64,000 bases of DNA, taken from Geosiphon pyriformis uo1 (taxonomy: Eukaryota; Fungi; Glomeromycota). The position numbers and the translations under genes are program-made. The DNA lies in assembly GCA_016748015.1 (NCBI GenBank), contig JAAOMT010000664.1, positions 1,487,892 through 1,551,891 of the forward strand, read 5' to 3'. The notes under the pieces are model-generated. The model searched no databases. It saw nothing but the letters and a program-made list of their open reading frames with translations, and had not been told where the DNA came from. Below are positions 23,757 to 35,253 of this stretch, piece after piece (positions within the stretch are counted from its first letter, which is position 1; the number at the start of each line of letters is the position of its first letter).

Positions 23757-25121
23757 TTATTCAATGACAAATATTGGTTCTAAATTTTGGGAAATATCTT
23801 TGGGATTGATTAAAGGGGAATGTGTACCAATTTGTGGAATTAATGGTTCAGAATTGTTTTTGGAATTATAGTGTTTCAAACAATCTCCATATGCAACTTT
23901 TGCTAGGATTTTGTTATCAAGTCTTAGCTTGTATGATCTATTGCCTAGGACTTCATGGATAAAGAATGGTCCATCTCATTTATTTTCAAATTTTTCACTC
24001 TATTGTTTTTCAGCTTTAATTCTGTATAAGAGAACTTTGTTTCCAATTTTAAATCCATTGGTAACTGGAGGCAATTTGTTGTCATGCCATTCTTTTTGTT
24101 GAGCTTGGGAGTATTTAATATGGGTGGCTGCTATTCGTTGTTTTCCTTCCAATGTGCTAAGCAGAGTGTAGGCTCTTTGTTATAGTGTTTCCTGAAAGTT
24201 GTTTTTATTAATTGGTTGTACTGGGTATGTTTTCATTATGAAACTAATTGGTAACATTGCTGTTCTTCCATAAGTTAAATCAAATGGTGTGTGTTTTGTG
24301 ATATTTTGTTTTAGTGTTCTATATGCTAGTAACACTAATAGAATAAAGAGATCCCATTCTTGCTCAAAATTGGTTGAGACTTTGGCTAATGATTTACACA
24401 ATGTTTTGTTGAAATGTTCTACAAATCCATTTGTTTGTGGATGGTAAGGCAAAGATAATGGTCTTTTAATATTAAATCGTCCACAAATTTCCTGGATTAA
24501 ATTGTTCATGAAATGTGTTCCTTGATTAGATAAAAGTTCTATTGGGCATTTATGTCTACAAATAATGTCTTCATAAATGAAGTTTGCTACTGATTTCGCA
24601 TTTGCTTGTTGAATGGCTCTGGCTTCAGGCCATTTGGTAAGATAGTCTACAGCTACTGCAATATAATGGTTTCCTTGGTTTGTGATAGGGAGTGGTCTGA
24701 CTAAATCGATACCAACTCGGTCAAAAGGCTGTCCAACTTTGATTGGGTTTAAAAGTTCTGTAGGGTGAGTTTCTCCTCTTCTTTGACAACTATCACAAAA
24801 CTTAACATATTTATGAATGTCTTTTCTCATTTAAGGCCAAAAATAATATTCTAGTGTTCTTTGAGTGGTGCTGTTTTTTCTTAGGTGTGCTGATGAACGG
24901 TCTGAGTGCATGTTATATAAAATGGTTTTTTTTTCATGTTCTTGTATTAATCTGAGTGGATTGTCTAGGTTTCTGAAATTTTGATAATAAATCATGTTAT
25001 TGTGTAAGAAGTATTGTTTGGCTTGTTGTTGTAACCAATGTTTTTTATCTGAGGACCAATCTGTTGGGATTGTTAATGTCTCCAAATATTGTTTAAGATT
25101 GTTGTAGTTTTCGGGGTTCAT
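23757..25121 (-). pseudogene. Integrase of C, stand-alone ORF (~454 aa), GPF motif, no chromodomain
   Basis: Own ATG; H..SAH, CDSC, GIDLV, SNQG, VEHFN, DGPFFI. Confidence 0.93.
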
Positions 25122-25169
25122 TGTTTGTTGTTTTGTTGTTAATTCAAATAGGTGTTTTTTTTTTATGTT

Positions 25170-26420
25170 TTAATCTTGCCTCATTTTTAAGAGACAATTA
25201 ACATTGGTGTGGAGTTTTCCTGGTTTGTAATGTATAATGTATTAGTAGTTGGCTAAAAATTCTGTCCATCAGATTTGTTTGGCATTCAGCTGAGTGTTTT
25301 TGTTTTGAAGCCATTTGAGTCTAATATTATCAGTGATAATATCGAATTCTTTGGGTCTGAGGTAAAGGTTGAAGTGATGTAGAGCCCAGATTACTGCTGC
25401 AGTTTCTAATTCTATTGCAGGGTAGTTCTTTTTAGCTAGTTTCAATGTTCTGCTAGCATAAGCAATTACTCGCTCATTTTCATTGTCATCTAACTATGAT
25501 AGGATGGCACCAAAGGCAGTATAAGAGGCATCTGTTGCTAACTGAAATCAGTTGCTAAAATCTGGGTAGGCAAGAATTGGAGCTGTGGTTAGTTTTTCTT
25601 TGAGAATTTCAAATGCATTTTGGTGTTCAGTAGTCTATTTGTATTTGACGTTTTTGGTGATAAGCTGGTTGAGAGGTTTTGCAATTTCTGAGAATCCTTT
25701 AATAAACTTCTAATAGTAGGAGGCTAACCCTATGAATTTTCTTAGTTCTGTAGTGTTTTGAGGAGTTTTGAAGTTTTTGACAGTACTGATTTTTCTAGGG
25801 TCCAGTTTGATTCCATCTTTACTAACAATGTGATTAAAAAAGACCAAACTCGTTTTTCCAAAGTAGCATTTTTCGATGTTTAGTTTCAATTCTGCTTTCC
25901 GTAATTGTTGAAAGACTTCTCACAGGTGTTTTAAGTGTAATTCAAAAGATGGTGAATAAACATTAGTATTATCGAGATAAACAACTACTGATTTCCAAAG
26001 GAGGTCTTTGTAAACAACATCCATGAGTCTTTGGAATGTTGTTGGTGCATTGCATAATCTGAAAGACATTACATTGAACTCGTAATTTTTTTTTTGAGTA
26101 GTGAATACTGTTTTGGGGCAATCTTTGGGATCCATGGCAACTTGCTAGTATTCACTTTCTAAATCTAATGTCAAAAAGTATTTGGACTTTCCAAGAGCAT
26201 CTAGCATGTCATCAATTTGGGAAAGAGGGTAGGCATCTCCAATGGTGATGCTATTGAGTTGTTGATAATCAACACAAAATTGTATCTTTCCATTTTTTTT
26301 TTAACTAAGACCACAGGTGAAGCCCATGGACTCATTGATAGTTGAATAAGCCCATTGTTGAGCATCCGTTGTATTTCTTTGTGGATAAATTGGTGACTTT
26401 CTGGAGCAACTCGGTAGGCT
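25170..26420 (-). pseudogene. RT-RNase H of C
   Basis: FCVDY, YLDN, ATDAS, ELET.AVIWAL; ends MRQD*. Confidence 0.93.
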
Positions 26421-26964
26421 TGCTGTCATCTTGGTTTGGCATCTCCTGTGTAGATTTGATGTTGAACCAAATCAGTTCTTTCTAAGTTATTGTTGTTTTT
26501 GGCAAAGATATTGGCAAATTCTGTAATTAGCTCTTTAAGCTGGTTTTGTTGTTGTGGTTCAAGTTGTCCCATGTTGATTCGAAATAGTTTTTCCATGACA
26601 ACATGGTAGTTTTCAGAGCTGAGGTTTGGGTTGATTTTTGGTAGTGAATATCTAATAATTCCAGAGAAATTGGAGACTGTTTGGGGTAATTCTTGTTGAA
26701 AAATATTACTGTGAATGATTCCAATTTCTAAGTTATTTAATAAAACTATGGGATAATTGTTAGGATTGTAAAAAGTAACTTGGACTTTCTTTGTTCCTTC
26801 TGAAATATAAATGTTTAGAATCGAGATATTATGTTCCAAGCAGATTCATTTATTGAACTCAAAAATTTGTTGGGTGGTTATTGGCTTTAAGCAGGTATAG
26901 ATTTCGGGGTGTTCTCCAAAAGGTAAAATAGTGATTAATTGGAGAAGGTGTAAAATCTGGTGAG

Positions 26965-27410
26965 ACTCATTCTGTTTATTGAGAGCTATGTTTACTGGAA
27001 CTGTGAATTGTCCAGTTGAACCAAAACCTTGGGTTCTTTTTTCACTTTTTCCCAATTGTTCTCTTTGATTGACTAATTGTAAACCCAAAATGTTGATTAA
27101 GGGTAAATAAATGGCTTGGACAATTTTCTCGGCATGTTTAATCTTAAATGGCTTGTTAGTTTTATTTTGGAGTATTACTGTTATATTACCAGTATATCTA
27201 GCATCAATTATTTCTCCTCTGATATTGATTCCTTTGCTTGCTAGAGAGGACTGGGAGGCAATTTGAACCATTGCTCCTGGTGGGATTTTGAGGGCAATTT
27301 TGAGGTTGATTTTTGTGAGAGATTTGGATTTAAGAACAAGAATATCCTTGTTTGAATATCTTAGGTCATATCCAGCATTAATTTCATGTGCTTTTTCAGG
27401 TTTTATTCTT
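26965..27410 (-). pseudogene. dUTPase domain of C
   Basis: AGYDL, ASQSSLA, IIDARY, KIVQ, RTQGFGSTG. Confidence 0.92.
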
Positions 27411-28399
27411 TGTCTGTTGTTGTTGAAGTATTTGAGTTGTAAGACAGGGTGATTTTCAATAAGATAGATGGGTATTGTTTCAATTTCTTCTGTTGCTTCA
27501 GGTTCTCCAAATTCAATTTTGTTTTTATTGTTTTCATTGGGCAGGGGAATGCTAAGAGCATAGTATTCAGGACACCATTGCTCATCGCAAAACATTATGT
27601 ATTTTTCACACAATTTAATGTTCATTTGCTTTAGCCATTGAGCTTGAGCTTCTTTAGTTGGGTAGGTGTAACTTGTGATTTGATGGTACACTTCTACTTT
27701 ATCTTCATAATTGTATCCAGCTAATTCCAAAATATATTCAATATATTCAGCTTCTTTCATTTAATGAACATCTTTTTTGGTAGCTCCATTAACCAATGCC
27801 ATTGCTAGGTTGAAAATAATTTCAGCATCATGGGGGTAGTGATAGAGTTTGTTGAGAGCACTGTTGTATGCTGCATTAAAGGATGTTCCTCTTTTGACTT
27901 TTTTTGAAATTGATAAAGCATATTGGCAGGTTTAATTGCAGACTCCTCCTCTCATTGCTACATCAATCCAATTGCATTCTTCTGGTAGCGTATCTCCACA
28001 AGTCAAACAAGGGGTGTTGTCCTATTTTCCACTTTTTTTTATTAGATAGCCCTATTGTTCTCTGTGACAAGCTTTGCAGTAATAACAAATATGATTTTCA
28101 TATTCTTCTTTAGGTAAAATGCAGGCTCCCATTGAGAAGAGTTTCTTGTGGCAGTCCTTGCATTTGAGTGGAATGTAAGGGTGTTGTTTTTTTGGTTGTG
28201 GTTTAGAATATGGGATGTTCTATTCAGGGATTTCTGGTTCCTCTGGATATAATTTTGTTGCAAAATACGTTTGCTCAGTTTCTTCAGCCCAGTTAGATGT
28301 TGATTCAAGAACCATAAATGTTTCGATTACAGGCTTTTCTTCTTCCTCTTCAAATTCGAAGACAGGAGCTTTCTCTGATTGTTTGTTGAATGTACCACA

Positions 28400-28800
28400 A
28401 GTAGCAGGTACTTGGGCATGTTGTCCTTGATAGAAGAGTTGTAATTCTTGGGTTTCCCAGTCTAATTTTGCATTGGCTTTTTGGAGCCAATCATTTTCAA
28501 CAAGAGTTTAATACTGGGGCGCGTTCATTATAAGAACTTTGACTGGAATGGTGATTCCATCAAGAGTGAATGGAAAATTGTCAATTTCTTCTATGGGAGT
28601 CTTTTTTATGCCATCAGCAGTAACAATTACTGTCTGAGCTGGTCAGTCAACATTTTTTTTAACTGTTGCATCAACTGGTAGGTGATAATGCTTCCGGTGG
28701 ATCCACTGTCTAGAATCAAGCAAATTGCCTTTCCTTCAACTTCTGCTTCAGTGTACATAGCAGTGATTGCTTTTTGTTTGTTGGCGGCTGCATTGCTGAG
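28400..28800 (-). pseudogene. Aspartic protease of C
   Basis: LILDSGSTGS catalytic motif. Confidence 0.9.
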
Positions 28801-29299
28801 CAGGAATAGTGACTCATTTGCTTCGAACTCAAAAAAGAATATATCTGAAAGGTTGGCGTTTTCAGCAATTCTGGCTGGTGGAATTGTGATAGGAGTATAG
28901 GAAAGATTTTGTTGTCATGCTGTAGCTCTACCTTCCAAAAGTGCAGTATGGTAAAAATCCTGTTCTTCTGGCATTGTTAAATAACTGGGTTGAGTGTAAT
29001 AGTGATTGGGTCTTGGTTGAGCGGAATTTCAGGGAACCAATTGGTTGTTCAAACTGATTCTATTGTTGTTTACTTGGTATCAGTTTTGTGGTGTGAATTG
29101 ATTTTGTGTAATCAATCTTTGAGCAGGTACTTGATAATGTTGTGTGGGTGGTTGTTGGTATTGCTGTTGGATTGGCTGTGGGTGGGCTGATAATAGTTAT
29201 TTTGGTATTGGGGTCTTAGTAGATAATAAGCTGGTGGTGGTGGTTGATAATAAGATTGCTGTAGTGGAAGATAACGTTAATTACTCCTATTTTGTTGGT

Positions 29300-30771
29300 C
29301 TCATTGTAGCTTTCTGCAATTTCTTTTCCAGTGGCCAGGAATTCTACAGTAATGGCAATTCTGAGACTGGTTATTAGAGGGTGATGTGAAGTTATTTTGA
29401 TTTTGTCTTTGGAGTAGTTGATATCTTTGGGGTTGCTGTTGTTGTTGGTTGGTGAAATAGTTTTCAACTTTCTTTGTGAGTTGGTCGATTTTCTCCTCAG
29501 CTGCTAAGCTGGTTTCTCCAATGGCCAAGTTTACAAGTTTTGTGCAATTGGTCTTTTCTATGGCCATTTCGTATCTCTTTGCATGCTGTATGGCAGAGTT
29601 TAAATCTTTTGGGACATGTGGGTGAACCTTTTTAATCAGTTTATCCTTTAGACCAGCAATAAATTGATCCAAGATTTGAACATCAGAATAATAATCATTA
29701 GTTTCAAGTTGGCAAATTTGTCTGAGAAGTTTGTTAAATTTCCCAATATAAGTCATAACAGATTCGGAGAGTTCTTGTTTAATATTGTGAAAATGATTTC
29801 GAAGAGTAATGGAGGTGTTGTTATTAGTGAATTGTTCTAAAAAGGCAGTTTTGAAAGCTGTCTAGTCATTAAAAGGGGTGGTCAAGTTTTCAAATTATTC
29901 ACCTGCTGTTTCTTTGAGAAAGTAGGGAATTATTCTTAACATTCTGGCAGCATTCTATTCATTTGCATCTCCAGCTTTAGTAACTTGGTCGAGCCATTCT
30001 TGGGAACTGGTCTCAATATCTTCTCCATTAAATTTGAAAATTTTTGCAATATAAGCTGTTATTTTGTTTTCTTCCTCATTATTTATTAATTACCTTTCTT
30101 CTTTGGATTCTACTTCTTCTTTAATGGTTTCAGAAACGTTTTTTTTGTTGGCTAATGTTTCAGAGTATTTGCTTGTGTTTTCTGCTAAATAGTCAAGAAG
30201 ATTGGTACTAGTCTGAAGGGTTTTTTGTTGTCTGGTGGGATTTCTGGGTAATGTATAATCTTCTAGTCTTGAAAATCGATTTAAAGATAAATTAGGAGTT
30301 TCTGCTTGTGCAAGTGAAGCTGGAAAAGGTGTAATAGTGAGTGGGAGTTTTGAACTGGTTCCTTGTTTAGGTGTTTGTAAGTGTTTGGCGGTTGTTTTTG
30401 GTAGTATTGGAGTATTTAGGGTGGTTTTTGAGTATTGCTTCAATTTTTGTTTGCCTTTGTTGCTTGTTTTTGTCTCTGATTCAAAGTCAAAAGAGTATTT
30501 AAACTGTACTGGGTAAGTAGGTAGCAAGTGTTTTACTGTTCAGGTCTTCTGTTTCCAATTGTGAATAGTGCACTAAATTATTTTAGAGGTTGCTTCTAAC
30601 TTCTGAAATGTTGTAGTTTCCAAAAAGATAATTGTTAATGCAGTTTTCAATATATTGGTATACTGATTTCTTGACAACTTCAATTCCGTCTGAAATGTTG
30701 AATTTTTGCTTGCAGTGTGTGTAAATTGACTGGTAATACTCTAGAGTTGCTGTGTTTGGTGTGGTTGCCAC
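29300..30771 (-). pseudogene. gag of C
   Basis: KFNGED...EWLD, ILDQFIAGL, CHYCRIPGHWKRNC knuckle. Confidence 0.88.
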
Positions 30772-30798
30772 TTTGAATTTGTTGTTACTGTGTTATTT

Positions 30799-30814
30799 CC
30801 ATAAGAGAGCACCA
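30799..30814 (-). promoter_or_regulatory. PBS of C (TGGTGCTCTCTTATGG)
   Basis: TGG 2 nt downstream of the 5' LTR; tRNA isotype not assigned. Confidence 0.8.
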
Positions 30815-30816
30815 AA

Positions 30817-31799
30817 TGTTACCAGAGGTTTTTGGTCTCTTTTCTTAAATGTTGTTGATGTTGATTTGCTGTGAATTCACGTTTCCAGGAAGTAGTTGAA
30901 CCTCCAGTAACTGAATTTATCTTCAAATTATTTCTTATAATTTGAACTGCTGGGCTTATAAGTGGAATGGCCAATTCCATGCCAGTTGCTTTGTGTAGTT
31001 ACGTTGTAGTAAACGTTAACTCTTTTCCAGGAATTACTCATCTGGAAGCTTACTAAAAATATGTAGTTACTTTGTTGTGAAAATCAACTTTTCTACAGGA
31101 ATCTTGTCTGTAGGCTACCCTAATGATTATAATAAGAAAATAAAAGAAAGAAAATAAAAGAAATGTAAAAGAAATAGAATTCTGTTAAGAAAAACATTTT
31201 CTATTTAGGCCTGGAGTCATTAACAGTTTATTGAAATTGGTAGCTAATCAATTTCAAAACTGTTTAGTAGGAATTGGTTAATTTCAAAAGGGAAATAATT
31301 AAGGATTTAATTTTTCAAATTATTTGATATTTATTTTGTTTTTGTATGTAAAGAATGATTCTAATTGTTAAATCTGAAGTAAGATACATTTTCTCAAAGA
31401 GAGAAGCTCTTCTTTTATACAATTTGTCGTAACACTATTCTATAAACTTGAACTTTGCTCTTTTCTACAATTTTGCTGAACTAAAGATATATTTCAGCGA
31501 ACTACAAGTTATTTCTGCAAACTATTAGATATTTCAGTGGACTATCAATTATTTTGGTGAATTTCTACAAATTTTGGCAAACTTTTGAATGTTACATATT
31601 TTGGGGTATTGCATGATTAATCATTGCAATTAGGTTATATCTGTGTTATGTACAAATTGGGTTATTAATTAAATGATAATTTCGGACATTTTGCTAATAT
31701 AATAAGTAATAATTTGTAATAATAATATATGCTAATTAATAATAGAAATTATAAAAATAATTTCATGTTAAATAATATCTCTAATTTTGTCTGGTAACA
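30817..31799 (-). repeat. 5' LTR of C
   Basis: Same length as the 3' LTR and colinear with it. Confidence 0.95.
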
Positions 31800-33420
31800 G
31801 CGTGCATTTTTGTTTTGAAGTCCTGGCACAATGAGCGATTATTTTGGCTGCCATTGAATTCCTGGTTGCATCTTTGTGGTGTTTGGTATGTATTATTTCT
31901 TCCTGGGTCCAAGATGAGGTAACTTTCTATTTTTTTAGAAAGTTTTTTCTCTAATTGTGTTACTCTCTTTTCTAACATTTCTGTCTTGTTTTCCTCTATT
32001 ACCATATTAAGTATTTAACTATAATTAGCTTCTTTTTCAGCCAATTCAAGGGCTCTGGCAAGCATAACAGCTTCTGGTAATGAATCAGGGTGAGCAGGAC
32101 ATACTTTTCCTAAAATGCTGCTTTTTAATCTTCTAATAAATTGATTTAAAACCTGAAAATCAGTATAGTATCCTTGCTTAATCACTTCAATCTGACAGCA
32201 AATTCAATTGAATCGAGCAAAATATTGGGTAACAGTTTTATCTGTACTTTGCTTGATTGTATTGAATTTATTCTGCAATTGGATTATGGCATTTGGGTCA
32301 CTAAAATACTCCAGGAGTGCATTTTTAAATTTGGCAAAGCTCATGGGTTTTGTTTCTAGACTTTGATACTATGAGTTGGCTGTGCCTTTTAGAAAGAAAG
32401 ATAATGTTTGAATTGCTCTTTGGTCACTCCAGTTATTTGCCTGGATGTCTTTTTGCACTTCTCTGAGCCACATGTGCACATCCATTTTTTCTTTTTCTTC
32501 TGAGAAATCTGTTAGTCTTGTGATGTATAGTGTGGCCATTTTGTCGCCATTTTCTGCTGGTGGGCTTATTGGTCTAAGAGAAAGTGAGATGATATTTCCT
32601 TGAGCGTTCCTAAAGGTGGCTTCTCTTATATCTGGTTTTTTCTCTTGATCACAAGTTTCTTGGTTTCTGGACTGGCTGCTTGTTCCAGTGACTGGTCTTG
32701 TGATTGTTTTTTTGCTGGTCTCTTTTTTGGATTCCAATTCAGACTCCTCTTCACAGTTTTCAAATCCTGTTCCGAATTTTGATTGAAAAAGAGAGTTTTA
32801 GAATAGCAATGAATATTCTTCTGTAATTGGTATGTCTCCTCAGTTATATTGTTTAATTTTATCAGTATAACTAAGAGCTCTTGGCATTTGTGGAGTTGAT
32901 GTTAATGATGATGCAGCTCCTAATAGAATTTGTATCTTATTTTCTGGTGAAAAATAGTATGATTTATTTTCTAGTGAATAAATACGTTGTTTCTTTATTG
33001 ATTGAGTGACAGTTTTCTTTGGTGTTTGAGCAGGTGTTCCTAGTTTTTGCTGGTTACTTTTTTGATTAGTTTCTAAATTTTTTTTGGTTTTGTTGGCACA
33101 TTCTCTAGTGTTTCTTGTGGATATTAAAAAATTTTCATTGGTGTATTGCTTAATTTCTCAATAGATTTTGACAATAGTTGCAGCTATTATTGCTACTTTC
33201 TTTGTAGTGTATTGTGATAATTCTCTATACAATCCAAGTTTTGTGTCGTGTAGTTCTTCTTCCTTTCCTATATAATAATTTATTCTGACATTGATATAAT
33301 AAATAAGGGCAGATTCTACTAGACAACACCTTTCTGTTAATCTAAGATCACTTTGATTTTGTGTGTAAATAGCATGGCAGAATTCAAGGACAGTAAGATT
33401 AGGGGTTTTTGTTACCACTT
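31800..33420 (-). pseudogene. gag of B, N-terminal part (continues at 21942 after element C)
   Basis: HMWLREVQKDIQANNW; rejoined junction reads MHACHFCKCIRHLIS*C (CCHC). Confidence 0.85.
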
Positions 33421-33481
33421 TTGTTTCTTCTTTTTTAGCAATGAATTATTGCTAATTATTATTTTCTTTTTGATTTTCTTT

Positions 33482-33498
33482 CCTCATAGGGTTCACCA
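33482..33498 (-). promoter_or_regulatory. PBS of B (TGGTGAACCCTATGAGG)
   Basis: TGG 2 nt downstream of the 5' LTR. Confidence 0.8.
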
Positions 33499-33500
33499 AA

Positions 33501-34366
33501 TGTTATGGGATGGTTTTCTTGATATATTTTAATTGTTAATCTCTTATTTTAATTGCAATCAGTCTCTCGTGAGTTTTTTTATTCTATGTGTTGGATATTA
33601 ATGATAATGTATTGAAGGTTTTTTCTTGATGTTGTGATGTAAGTCTTCTCTTTAATTCTAATTGTCTTTGTATGTTGTATATTTTTTCCCAGAGACTAAT
33701 CTGAAATCTACTCACTGTTTGGGGTCTTCTTTGAGGCTATTCTTGCAATTGCCTAATGTGTTTCTCTAATCTAGAAACACAGAATGTTAATGGCCTTTTT
33801 GCAATTTTCCTAAGTATATAATAAAGCTTTTTTAATTTAATTAGTAACCACGTGAATAATTTTGATCAGGAATTATTCTTCCAAAGGGTTCAGAGATGGA
33901 ATGATAGTTTCATTCGCTAGAAAAGATATGTGAATTCTATTGTTAATCTCATAATTGTAATATTTATTCAATTTATTATTTTTTTATTAATTCTTTTTGA
34001 AAAAAATTTTATTTAGATATTTGTTGTTTCTAGTTAAAGCTGTTCTATTTTTCATTATTAAAAATTATTGTATATATATATATAATTATTGTTTTACAAA
34101 ATAATGTCTTGTAATACTCTATTTTTATTATTTCTAAATAATGCTTGCTGTTATTGTAAAATAGTGCTTGCTGCTTTTGCACGATAATGCTTGCTATTAT
34201 TGTAAAATAGTGCTTGCTGCTATTGCATAATAGTGTTTACTGCTATTGTAAAATAGTGCTTGCTGTTATTTGTAAATCATTTCTTTTTATTAATTGTTGC
34301 TGTGCTATTTCATAATTGGTTAATTTATATTATTTATAATTCCTATTAAATTCTTAAACTGTAACA
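33501..34366 (-). repeat. 5' LTR of B (866 bp)
   Basis: TG...CA; matches 16777-17506 and 54802-55640. Confidence 0.95.
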
Positions 34367-34603
34367 ATGGGACAACAAAATCTTAGCCAAAGCAATACAT
34401 GATGATCAACTAAAACCATATCACCAAATAGCATCATCATCTACCAATAACATTCCACAATTAGGAGTACAACAAATACTAGTCCAACCAGATGAGATTC
34501 CACGAGATCTGGAACCAATCATAATCATTGGACCAAACATGTAAAATCAAACAATAAAAGAGTATATAAAAACACAATATATGCGACAAAAGCAACCAAG
34601 AAA

Positions 34604-35239
34604 ATGGAAATACCAGATCATATTTACACCATAGCTCAGCAATTATTCTAGGCATTAAATTAACAACCATTAGACATGGAAATTATCATTAACAACCAAA
34701 CAATTTGCTATTCAAACACCAAAAAAAAGACAAAGAATACACCATATCAGTAAATACCAAAGAGTGATAAAAACTGGTCAAATAACATAATAGAAAAAGT
34801 AAGGAACACTTTTGGGAAAATACTTATTAGGGCATTAACAGAAAAACTCACAAAAGAGAATTGAAAGCAATAGACAGAACAACTTCCAATATAATACTGT
34901 TACTACTAGTTAGGTCGAAAGTTGAATATTCAGGAGTTTTATATTGACAAATCCAAAAAAGTATTTAACCAAAACATAATACAGCAAATTGAAGAATTTA
35001 TTGGAAAAAAAACAAACTTAATACTATATGTGAGAACAATTTATCGACTGCACAACATATTTCAGAACTATCCAGAAATACTGTTACACTCTAACATAGA
35101 AACTATAACTATTAATCAATAGGGAAGAATAAATAATGTACAAATAGAAGACATGAAAAATAAAGTCAAACAAACAATATTAGAAAAAGAAGTATTAGAG
35201 CTAATTCAAAATGAAGATTTCGATAGAGCTCAATATTAA
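34604..35239 (+). pseudogene. ORF3 of A2, divergent homolog of ORF3 of C
   Basis: MEIPDHIYTIAQQLF*AL aligns to MTIPQNIQQLSQKLMLAL; YY*LGRKL to YFYIGKTL; RLHNIF to RLYDLF. Confidence 0.65.
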
Positions 35240-35253
35240 AAAGGAGGAGATAA

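Larger units (their letters stand above)
21943..31799 (-). mobile_element. Full-length Ty3/Gypsy copy C (9857 bp) nested in the gag of B
   Basis: Two 983-bp LTRs, PBS, PPT and all domains. 4-bp TSD GCAC/GCGT is reconcilable to GCGC by CpG decay. Confidence 0.97.
16777..34366 (-). mobile_element. Ty3/Gypsy copy B (interrupted by C; integrase deleted; 3' LTR truncated)
   Basis: Matching LTRs 16777-17506 and 33501-34366, PPT, PBS, gag split by element C, PR, dUTPase, RT-RH. Confidence 0.9.
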
